A stretch of 64,000 bases of DNA, taken from positions 24,800,001 to 24,864,000 of the forward strand of contig CM120642.1 of assembly GCA_051362555.1 (NCBI GenBank), given 5' to 3'. Shown here piece by piece: positions 11,080 through 19,320 of the stretch. Position 1 is the stretch's first letter. The number at the start of each line of letters is the position of its first letter. The notes under the pieces are model-generated. The model searched no databases and was not told the origin of the DNA. It worked only from the letters and a program-made list of their open reading frames with translations. The DNA is from Lingula anatina. Lineage: Eukaryota; Animalia; Brachiopoda. The position numbers were made by a program, and so were the translations under genes.

Positions 11080-13668
11080 ATGGCAATGTGGGGTGTTGGT
11101 CAACTTGGCTGGGTTTGGCGGAGAATCACATCCTGTTTCCGTGGCAACTTGACAAATTCTCCAGATGATGATGATGATGATGATGACGATCAGAGGAAAT
11201 GTTGTAAAAGTGACAAGGAAAGCCTTAGTGACACGGACTCTCATGATGGGTTCTTTGATACAGATTGGAAAGATGTCAGCGAATCATCAAAATTAGAAAC
11301 AGTTGAAAACAGGTATGTTGTAACACCAAAAGCAAACATGGACACGCTAGATGAAAGTGATGATAATGAAAAGGAAGACTTGTATGAACCTGTTGCCAGA
11401 GGGACAAGTACAGGAGAAATTAAAGAAGTTAAAATTGCGGCAAATAAGCTTGATGCTGAATCAAGAACAGAGAATTTCACCGTCACACCAGCAGAATGTA
11501 ACGGTAGAGAAAGGAAAAGTAGGATTTATGTAGAAAGTGATGGAAGCGATGATGACTATGAGCCGGTTACTGTCCAGGGTACTCTTATGATGCCAAAAAA
11601 AATCTGCACCAGTGAAAGTGACAATCACAGTAGTGCTAACCCAATGACACATGCTTCTCCAGATTTTGAAAATTACGACAAACCAGGTGATAACCAATTG
11701 AAATGTGAACAACATGACTCAGACGATAATTTGACATCTGCTCAGAGTAACAAAACTGAGGAACCAACATCTTCCCAAGATTCAACTGGTAAAGATGACC
11801 ATGCTCCTCATTATGTGAAGATAATGAGTATGTCACAGTCAGATCTCAACAAACACAATTACCTTGATGGAATTGACAAGAAAACTGACAACGAAATTAA
11901 CAAGGAAATTGACATTGAAAACAAAAGTGAAATAGACGATGAAAATAACCAGGATAACATTTTTGAAGATATTCTTTTCAAAACTAACCCCACAAGTGAA
12001 ATGAAAACAGCTGATTTTTATCAGTTGGAATTTGAACAAAATCCAAATGAAGAAAGTACATCTGTGGATTATGATTATGATGATACTATGCTTTTGAGGG
12101 ACTCTGATGCTGAAAATGACAATACTGTCAGTAATGATAATGAAGCTCACTGTGCAAATGTTTCTAATAGTAACAATAACGATAGTAATAACTACATCGA
12201 TGTTATTGCTATTAATGCCTGCATTCAGGAAAAAAGTTGTGACACAGGTTTGGAAGACGATGATGTTGATTTTGACACTAGTTATGAATACGATGATGTT
12301 GTCAATGCCACTGCAGATGCTGATACTGTACTTTCACAGGACTTTAGTGTCAATGATAGTTCTGTAGCTGATAACACTGCTAAGAATAACCAACAGCATG
12401 CTGGTTGTGATGATGCTACTGCTGATATCAAATGCGATGACAATAAAGACAATAGTCTGGACAACATTCTGGACAAAACTGCATGTAATGCTGATGTTAA
12501 CATTGACAGTAATGACGAATATGATGATGTTGTCAATGTAAGTGACCAAACAAGCCTTGCTACTGATGAAAATCAAACAGACACTGAAAAGAAAGTTCTC
12601 CCAAATCAAACATCATCAACAGCTAATGCAGGAGATAAAATTGATAATGATCCGGAGGCATGTAACAAAAATGATACAGCATCCGCATCCAAGGAATTAT
12701 CCCATGAATATGATGAAACTGATGATTCTTGTAGTAATGTGGTTGCTAGAATTCAAGGAGGGAGCAGGAGAATATCAAACCACCTCTATGAGGATGTCAC
12801 CGAGACTGACAATGATGAACACCATGCAAAATTAAGTTCAGATGGTCAAGATTTATTAAGACATGATTACACTGATAAATCAGAAGTGGACTGTGGTGGT
12901 TCAAAAAATCACGCTACCATTGGCAATGAAAGCAACATAGAGCTTGTGCTCTATGAATATGAGGATACAGTTGATGGTGACAATGACATTGTTGATGGGA
13001 GCAGAGAAAATTTGGAGCGTGTTACAGGAGATCAAAGACCCATTTCATTCCATTCGTATGAAGACGCAGAGAGTTACTATTCTGAGCAGAGTTATAGAGA
13101 AAAATGGCAGTCCAATCATGATTATGAGGACACTTCTGATGATAATGGTGGTGATGTTGAGCATATTGATGCCAGTCAGAACAATGAAAATGTTGAAACT
13201 GTTGGCATGACAACTAATCACCAGTATGAAGAAGCTGAGGATGATAAGAGCGAAGGTGTTCAGTCTCGTGAACGCATCTTGTCAAGACATCATAGTTACG
13301 AGGACATTGATCTTGATTATGATTATAGTAACAGTTGTAGTCACAGTTCTGATTATGCCAGTAACACTAGTGTTTTAAATGCTGCAGTGGTAGTTGAAAA
13401 TGGCACATATTTCGATTCTCACGTCACAGATGACAAACCAGCTGTTCCAGATTTCCCATATGATTACGAAGGGTATCTTGAACCCAAATCTTTTACTGAA
13501 CATATCTATGAAAATTTACCTACAGTAGCCTTTGTTGAGCAAGAAAGTGAAAGTGAAAGTAATGTTGATAATGGTCAGGAGGGTGTATTAGATGGGAAGG
13601 GTGTGGCATGGGAAGATGGTGGAGAGAAGATTACTGACACATTTTGGAGTAATACCTCTTTTGTTTGA
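11080..13668 (+). CDS. 862-aa highly acidic, probably disordered protein with about 20 tyrosine motifs (YEPV, YDDV, HxYED/E, IYENL); either a single-coding-exon gene or a giant alternative N-terminal exon of the BCAR3 homolog
   Basis: A 2.6-kb uninterrupted ORF in AT-rich DNA, with strong Kozak context (gacaacATGG), an upstream in-frame stop and an acceptor-like ttgtag| at 11045. D/E/N/S-rich, with recurring Tyr motifs. No folded domain recognised. Confidence 0.85.
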   Translation: MAMWGVGQLGWVWRRITSCFRGNLTNSPDDDDDDDDDQRKCCKSDKESLSDTDSHDGFFDTDWKDVSESSKLETVENRYVVTPKANMDTLDESDDNEKEDLYEPVARGTSTGEIKEVKIAANKLDAESRTENFTVTPAECNGRERKSRIYVESDGSDDDYEPVTVQGTLMMPKKICTSESDNHSSANPMTHASPDFENYDKPGDNQLKCEQHDSDDNLTSAQSNKTEEPTSSQDSTGKDDHAPHYVKIMSMSQSDLNKHNYLDGIDKKTDNEINKEIDIENKSEIDDENNQDNIFEDILFKTNPTSEMKTADFYQLEFEQNPNEESTSVDYDYDDTMLLRDSDAENDNTVSNDNEAHCANVSNSNNNDSNNYIDVIAINACIQEKSCDTGLEDDDVDFDTSYEYDDVVNATADADTVLSQDFSVNDSSVADNTAKNNQQHAGCDDATADIKCDDNKDNSLDNILDKTACNADVNIDSNDEYDDVVNVSDQTSLATDENQTDTEKKVLPNQTSSTANAGDKIDNDPEACNKNDTASASKELSHEYDETDDSCSNVVARIQGGSRRISNHLYEDVTETDNDEHHAKLSSDGQDLLRHDYTDKSEVDCGGSKNHATIGNESNIELVLYEYEDTVDGDNDIVDGSRENLERVTGDQRPISFHSYEDAESYYSEQSYREKWQSNHDYEDTSDDNGGDVEHIDASQNNENVETVGMTTNHQYEEAEDDKSEGVQSRERILSRHHSYEDIDLDYDYSNSCSHSSDYASNTSVLNAAVVVENGTYFDSHVTDDKPAVPDFPYDYEGYLEPKSFTEHIYENLPTVAFVEQESESESNVDNGQEGVLDGKGVAWEDGGEKITDTFWSNTSFV

Positions 13669-13869
13669 TTTATATTTCTCTGTTTCCAACTTGTTTATTC
13701 ATTTACTTTTTGTGAAATCTACTCTTTTTTTCAATCACCTTGATTAAACCTCATTTCCTTTTTGATTGACCACTGTTGCTTTTACATTAAGTGCTATTAC
13801 TGAGCTAGGACCCAAAATATCTTCTATCCTAGTGCTGAGCTCCTCATTATATATTTTAAAACTTATAAT

Positions 13870-13967
13870 TAGATAAATATGTATATCTTCAACTTTATTG
13901 AACTAATCTAGTTGATGATGGACACCTGGAATGATACATATAAAGAGCACTATTAGATATCTAGCTA
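13870..13967 (-). repeat. 3' LTR (98 bp)
   Basis: Identical to 19223-19320. Reads TAGCTA...TATCTA on the element strand, with AATAAA at 13899-13894. Confidence 0.95.
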
Positions 13968-13979
13968 TCTCCTTCCCCC
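13968..13979 (-). promoter_or_regulatory. Polypurine tract (plus-strand primer)
   Basis: GGGGGAAGGAGA on the element strand immediately before the 3' LTR. Confidence 0.9.
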
Positions 13980-14239
13980 GGGGGAAGTTTTATACGGGCA
14001 TGTATAAAACGTCACTTATATGTCAGTCCTCATTCCTCTTTTTTAAAGTCCTCTGTCTCCTCCCCTGGGGAGCTTTTAAAGTTTGTGAACATGGGTCCTC
14101 CATAGTTCTTTTCAAAAGTCAATTGAATAAGGAAATTGAAGCAACAACAACAACTTTTAAAAGCTATATGCTAAAAGAAAATCAAATTAAATATCTAGCT
14201 AAAGTCATTTAAAAAAGAAAAGTCAAGTATTATGAGACT

Positions 14240-17200
14240 TCAAGAAGAGTCCCTGGTTGAAGCCGGTTTCCGAGTTTCCTGTATGTCAGTCTCTTTAGAA
14301 TGACGGCTTGGTCTGGATGGAGTAAGCATTTCTGTAGTTCCTGGCTTGTTATGAGGTAGCAAACGGGCTAATGCACGTGGCAAACCACCACTGGTGCGCT
14401 GTTTGGTGACAGTAGGGGCATCCTGGCCACTGGGATCTGGGGCACTCAAATCTGGCTCTTCAGATAATTGCGATGGAGTAGAAGCATCCTGGTATGGCAC
14501 AGTAGGTTCATCTGGATTTTTTGGCTGTGTGACCTGTACAGGGTTGTCATGGGTTTGCTTCTTTCCCAGATAAAGGTCACCAGGTTCGTGATGGACCAAC
14601 TTAGTGGGTTGCTCAGGCACTGTGTTCTCCTTGAGGGCCATCTCAATCATGGGGAAGTAGTCACTGCTAACAAATGGAGTGAACTTCCTAAGATGCTGCC
14701 GGTTGCGGATAGTCACCCTGCCTGAACCATCCACTTTGATGACATACTGGTGGTGCTGTCTTACTTCAATTACTATTCCAGTTCGCTCCCACTTCCGGGG
14801 ATAATTTCCTACAAGGTTCTGTAAGTACACATGATCTCCAACCCTCAATGGTGGTAAGATCCTAGTATGCTCACTCCAGCGTTCATGCTCTCTGGAATGA
14901 CGTTTTGCAAGTGCTCTTTCTCGATGTGACATCAGCTCTGCCCATGTTTCGTGTGGGGAATATCTTCCCATGGGTATTGGAATGGCATCGCGAATAGGCC
15001 GTCCAAATATAATTAATGCTGGGGAGGCCTTTGTTTGTGGGTCAATAGAATTTCTGTACATAAGCATGGCTTTCTGAAACTTGTCAACATCAAGGGATCC
15101 TGTTGGGGCTATATTGTCTGCAAGCATTCGCTTCACAGTTTTGACAGCTATCTCAGCTCTACAGTTAGCATGAGGGTTGGCAACTGACGAAATTCTGTGT
15201 TTAACACCCCAGGTTTTAAGAAATTCTTGTGTTTTCCCCGCAGTAAATTGTGGTCCACCATCTGAGGTTAACTCCTCTGGTATTCCAAATGTGACGAAAG
15301 TTTCACGCAATCTTCTGATTAGACCCTCTGCGCCTCCTTCTGCTTTAAAAGCCATTGGCCAATTGGAATATCGGTCGACAATGACAACATAATCTTTACT
15401 GTTGTATGTGAAGTAGTCACAGCAGATCATTTGGAAAGGGTAGTCTGGTTGTTTAATATCAGATGGTGGCTGCATCGGGTTTGATTTAGCCATGCGATGA
15501 CAATGTGCACATTGGTCCCTAACTCTAGCAATGTCAACTGAGATATTGGGCCAAAAAACAGAGTCTGCTGCTCGGGACTGCATAGCACTTATACCCTGGT
15601 GAGCTGCATGGAGGGCATTGAGGATTGGTGTGCGTAAGGCCCTTGGGATAACAATTCGTTGACCCATGAGTATCACTCCATCAACAACACACAGGCTTGC
15701 TGTGTGACGGTGGTATGGACGTATCTCTATGGGGAGTTCTCTGCAATCTTCTGGAAAGCCTTTCTCAAGGTATTGCATTAGTGTAAGTAATGTTGTATCT
15801 GAAGAGGTGGCATCTCGGACCACATCCCAGGTGACAATAATGTTAGCAGCATCCAGTGAGGCAGACGCAGCAGCAATGGTGCAAGCATCATCAGCAAAGT
15901 CTGTGTCTGCTGTGTCTTGGTATAAACTAGCCAATGTGACCTGTGGAGGCACAGTCATGTAGGATATGGTGTCACTGTCAGATGGTTCATTTGGTAGATG
16001 CATTCTACTTGGCCGACCAGCAGGGTGTCTGGATGCTGCATCTGGGCCGGGATTCTTCTTCCCTGGGACATGCACTATGGTGAATCTGTATGCTAGTGTC
16101 TTTTCTTTGAGATTGAGTAGTCGCCTGTTGTGAATTTCGGTGAGTGACCTATCATTTAGCACCTGAACCAGTGGTTTGTGGTCTGTGGCAACAATCAAAT
16201 CTTTACAGCCCAATACATAGTAGCGAGTCTGATGCAATGCATAGGCCACGGCCAGGGCTTCACCCTCTATGGGTGCATATCTGCTTTCTGCTGGGTGGGT
16301 AAACCTGCTTCCTACCAAGCATAACTTCCAGCCATTGTGACAACATGCTGGAGTTTTGGAGGTGCATTGGCAATACTTTTGCATCAGGAAGAATCCAACT
16401 CCATCAACAGACCAATCAGTGGACAGACATGTTTGGCGGTTTGGATCAAACAAACGCACTCCTTCTTTCATCTCTTCTATAATGACTTCTTTGGATTGGT
16501 GGAACAGGTTGTCCAACTCATCTGTCCATTCAAATTTTGTGGACGGCTTTAGGAGCTTCCTGAATGGCTTCATCTGACGTGCCATTGAGAATGCATAAGC
16601 GCCTTGATTAATGAGCCCAAACCAGGCTCGGGCACCACTGATATCTGTAGGTGTTGGGAATTTCCTTATGGCATCTATAAATTTGTCACTTGGTTGTATG
16701 TTCGTAGGTGTGATTGCAAGACCAGCAAATTCGACTGCATCTTGGGCGAACTGAAATTTCTTGGGATTCAAGGTGATACCGTTACGTGCACACAGGTCTA
16801 ACCACTTACATGCCTGAAAGAATGCCTCTTCAACTGAGTTTGCCCACATGCATGTATCATCTACACACTTGACTTTATTAGGGAAGTCTGTGATTATGGC
16901 ATCAAATCTCTGGTTGTAGGCATCTCCACTGGCTAAAAACCCCTGAGGTGCTACCTTGTATCTGTAACGGCCCCATGGTGTGATGAATGTTGTGATATGC
17001 CGGTCCTCCTCCCTAATAGGCACAGAGTGGTACCCATTCCAGGCATCCGTCACGGTTTTTTTTACACCCTGTGGGATGCGGTTTGCTAAGTGAAAGGGGG
17101 TAGGCACATGGTGTGTTTGGCGGACAGAGTGGCGGTTCAGTTGCTGTAAGTCTACTGTTCGCCTAGGAGTGCCATCGGCTTTTCCCGTTACTACCATGCG

Positions 17201-19135
17201 GGAACACCATGTTGTTGGGGTATTTGGGCTGACTCGTTCAAGGACCCCTATTCGGACATCCCTTTCAAGATCAGCAAAGACCCTCTCTTGCCAGTGAATT
17301 GGAACAAGTGCTGGCTTATGGACTGCGACCGGTTTGGCATCTGGATCCACATGAAGTTGGAGCGGCTCACACTTCATCAGGGGTAATGGCTGGTGTTCAC
17401 ACGTATTAAATGTTGTTGCTCCATAATAGTCGAGGAGCCAATCTTTAAGCACTTCAACATTTTCTTCCAAAGCCTTTAAGCCAGGGGGAAGAGATGTGGG
17501 TAATGGTGGTGGCTCCTCTCTGCGCCTTGGACATGTGCATGGAACTTCGTCAGTGGGGCCAATTGAAGCCGTATGTGTTATATGTGTGGCACTCGGAAAA
17601 TCTGGCTTAATTATCCCCAAGTCTGTCAGTGCCTCTCTGCAGAGGAAGGCTTTCTCAATGGATTCAGACACGTAACACATCAAGCGAGACGTTCTGATGT
17701 GATTGTTTTCATCTTTGACTGAGACACTGACAGCAATGCCACCCATAACACCCAGATTCTCTCTGATGGCACCTCGCATCACAAGTTTAACAGGCAAGAG
17801 GTCTTCTTTCCTTATGCCTAGAGCCATAGCCGACTTCAGTGGTATTATGCTGCTCTGACACCCTGTATCCGCAATCATGGACATGTTGACTGGTTTAAGT
17901 GTTGACGTGTCTTGCATCGGATACCCAAAAGCAGCATGATCTGCAGGTAGAGGGGTCATTCTCACTAAAACCATTGGGTGCGGTTTTGATGGGCGAGCTA
18001 TCCACTGGCCGTCAAATATGTGGTGATCAAGAAATGCAGTCTTGTTGGGTTTATGTCGCCTGGGCGGATTGTTTTCGGAAGCCGTACACAGCTGATCAAA
18101 TACATAATTGGTGTCAGCGTGGTCCGTACCCTTAGTTTGACCTGTCTGAGTGCGTGGTTTGGGCGGGTTTCTATATCCTCTCCCTTGCTGGCATAACCTT
18201 GAAGACTTATCCCGGTGGCCCCATTCACCGCAGGTGTTACATTTGCTGCAAAGGTCTGTATAATGTCCTTTGACACCACATTTGGCACACATGAAACCCC
18301 ATGCCTCACACTTCCTGGCTCTTGCTCTTCTATCGTTTCTTGGTCCATGGGCAAGTCCACCACATGCCCAGCATTTCGGTTTCCCATCAGTTTGAACAAG
18401 TGGTGATTTTTGAACATTGCTGGCAGCATTAGCATTGTCTCCGACTGCACTCTTGGTCACTTTTCCCTGTTCCTTCTGAGCGATAAAGGATACAGTTTCC
18501 TCTAGCGTCCTGTCTGTTTTAGGGTCACCCAATAAATCTGACATAATTTCTGGGTCAGCGATGCCTCTGATGAGGTTGTCTTTTATGATTTCATCACTGT
18601 AGTCAAACATATGGGTGCAGCCTTCTTCTTTACATGTGGCTGTATACCGACACAATGCTGCTTGGCCTCTCAGGCTTGCCAAAAATGTTCTAATACTGGT
18701 TCCTGGAGTTTGAGTCATTTTACTCAGTCGTATGCGATGAACCAGGGTACTCTCATCTTTGACAGCTAGTCTTCTTATGGCAGCTAGGAGGTCTGCCTCC
18801 GCCATATTTGCAACATTGTCTCTAAGATCTCGCATAATGTCTGTGCGTAAGTCTTGATCACAACAGTAAAAGAGGGCGGTTGCTACCATGTTTTCAGCGA
18901 TGTTCATACCAGCCTTGTACATGTTCCACTGCCTGGTGAATGCCGACCACTGATCTGGATCAGACCCTGTTGAAATTTGTGGTGGATCCAGCTTGAGTTT
19001 CTGGGGCGCCGGCTGAGTCGGATGGGCAGTCTGGCCATGCATTTGGAGAGCTGCAGTTAAGGCTCCTGCGAAGGCAGCGTCAAGGTCCTGTGACTGCCAG
19101 TCACAACCCACCACAGGACATTGCAGTTGGGGCAT
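14240..19135 (-). CDS. Gag-Pol polyprotein, 1631 aa (gag with Zn knuckles, aspartic protease, reverse transcriptase, RNase H, integrase)
   Basis: CCHC knuckle CAKCGVKGHYTDLC. Protease MIADTGCQSSII. RT motifs TDAWNGYHSV, TPWGRYRYKVAPQG and CVDD. RNase H motifs TDWS, RYAPIEGE, TDHKPL and DAASR. Integrase HAAHQG...CAHC plus D,D-35-E (CDYF, SDGGPQF, RAEIAVK). No stops or frameshifts. Confidence 0.97.
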   Translation of the reverse strand: MPQLQCPVVGCDWQSQDLDAAFAGALTAALQMHGQTAHPTQPAPQKLKLDPPQISTGSDPDQWSAFTRQWNMYKAGMNIAENMVATALFYCCDQDLRTDIMRDLRDNVANMAEADLLAAIRRLAVKDESTLVHRIRLSKMTQTPGTSIRTFLASLRGQAALCRYTATCKEEGCTHMFDYSDEIIKDNLIRGIADPEIMSDLLGDPKTDRTLEETVSFIAQKEQGKVTKSAVGDNANAASNVQKSPLVQTDGKPKCWACGGLAHGPRNDRRARARKCEAWGFMCAKCGVKGHYTDLCSKCNTCGEWGHRDKSSRLCQQGRGYRNPPKPRTQTGQTKGTDHADTNYVFDQLCTASENNPPRRHKPNKTAFLDHHIFDGQWIARPSKPHPMVLVRMTPLPADHAAFGYPMQDTSTLKPVNMSMIADTGCQSSIIPLKSAMALGIRKEDLLPVKLVMRGAIRENLGVMGGIAVSVSVKDENNHIRTSRLMCYVSESIEKAFLCREALTDLGIIKPDFPSATHITHTASIGPTDEVPCTCPRRREEPPPLPTSLPPGLKALEENVEVLKDWLLDYYGATTFNTCEHQPLPLMKCEPLQLHVDPDAKPVAVHKPALVPIHWQERVFADLERDVRIGVLERVSPNTPTTWCSRMVVTGKADGTPRRTVDLQQLNRHSVRQTHHVPTPFHLANRIPQGVKKTVTDAWNGYHSVPIREEDRHITTFITPWGRYRYKVAPQGFLASGDAYNQRFDAIITDFPNKVKCVDDTCMWANSVEEAFFQACKWLDLCARNGITLNPKKFQFAQDAVEFAGLAITPTNIQPSDKFIDAIRKFPTPTDISGARAWFGLINQGAYAFSMARQMKPFRKLLKPSTKFEWTDELDNLFHQSKEVIIEEMKEGVRLFDPNRQTCLSTDWSVDGVGFFLMQKYCQCTSKTPACCHNGWKLCLVGSRFTHPAESRYAPIEGEALAVAYALHQTRYYVLGCKDLIVATDHKPLVQVLNDRSLTEIHNRRLLNLKEKTLAYRFTIVHVPGKKNPGPDAASRHPAGRPSRMHLPNEPSDSDTISYMTVPPQVTLASLYQDTADTDFADDACTIAAASASLDAANIIVTWDVVRDATSSDTTLLTLMQYLEKGFPEDCRELPIEIRPYHRHTASLCVVDGVILMGQRIVIPRALRTPILNALHAAHQGISAMQSRAADSVFWPNISVDIARVRDQCAHCHRMAKSNPMQPPSDIKQPDYPFQMICCDYFTYNSKDYVVIVDRYSNWPMAFKAEGGAEGLIRRLRETFVTFGIPEELTSDGGPQFTAGKTQEFLKTWGVKHRISSVANPHANCRAEIAVKTVKRMLADNIAPTGSLDVDKFQKAMLMYRNSIDPQTKASPALIIFGRPIRDAIPIPMGRYSPHETWAELMSHRERALAKRHSREHERWSEHTRILPPLRVGDHVYLQNLVGNYPRKWERTGIVIEVRQHHQYVIKVDGSGRVTIRNRQHLRKFTPFVSSDYFPMIEMALKENTVPEQPTKLVHHEPGDLYLGKKQTHDNPVQVTQPKNPDEPTVPYQDASTPSQLSEEPDLSAPDPSGQDAPTVTKQRTSGGLPRALARLLPHNKPGTTEMLTPSRPSRHSKETDIQETRKPASTRDSS

Positions 19136-19211
19136 CCTGTTTGTTTTGAAGACTCTACAAATAATGGCTGAAAATCTAACTCGGTTATCTACACAGTGGC
19201 AAGGGAAATCT

Positions 19212-19222
19212 GGTGTCCGTCA
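19212..19222 (-). promoter_or_regulatory. Primer binding site position; non-tRNA type (TGACGGACACC)
   Basis: Directly abuts the 5' LTR, lacks the TGG start expected for a tRNA CCA end, and is 10/11 complementary to LTR bases 19269-19279. Confidence 0.7.
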
Positions 19223-19320
19223 TAGATAAATATGTATATCTTCAACTTTATTGAACTAATCTAGTTGATGATGGACACCTGGAATGATACATATAAAGAG
19301 CACTATTAGATATCTAGCTA
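19223..19320 (-). repeat. 5' LTR (98 bp)
   Basis: Identical to 13870-13967. Contains an Inr-like TCATTC at LTR nt 34-39 and AATAAA at nt 69-74 on the element strand. Confidence 0.95.

Larger units (their letters stand above)
13870..19320 (-). mobile_element. Full-length Ty3/Gypsy LTR retrotransposon (Mag-like features), 5451 bp, apparently intact
   Basis: Two identical 98-bp direct repeats, a 5-bp TSD ATAAT (13865-13869 and 19321-19325), a single gag-pol ORF in PR-RT-RH-IN order, and a PPT abutting the 3' LTR. Confidence 0.97.

Noticed and set aside
11062-13213. Overlapping hydrophobic or Met-rich ORFs on other frames of the 862-aa ORF
   Set aside because: These are shadow frames created by the GAT/GAA/AAT codon bias of the acidic protein.
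11080-13668. The acidic ORF as an env or accessory gene of the neighbouring retrotransposon, or as a secreted biomineralisation protein
   Set aside because: It lies outside the LTRs and TSD on the opposite strand, and has no TM helix or clear signal peptide. The Tyr motifs point to a cytoplasmic role, although this is not formally excluded.
13972-14078. Hairpin plus T-run motifs resembling bacterial rho-independent terminators
   Set aside because: The context is a eukaryotic retrotransposon. They coincide with the PPT and its duplicate on the other strand.
19195-19222. Conventional tRNA primer binding site
   Set aside because: There is no TGG at or near the LTR boundary and I could not match it from memory to a tRNA 3' end. 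An internal tRNA fragment cannot be excluded without a search.
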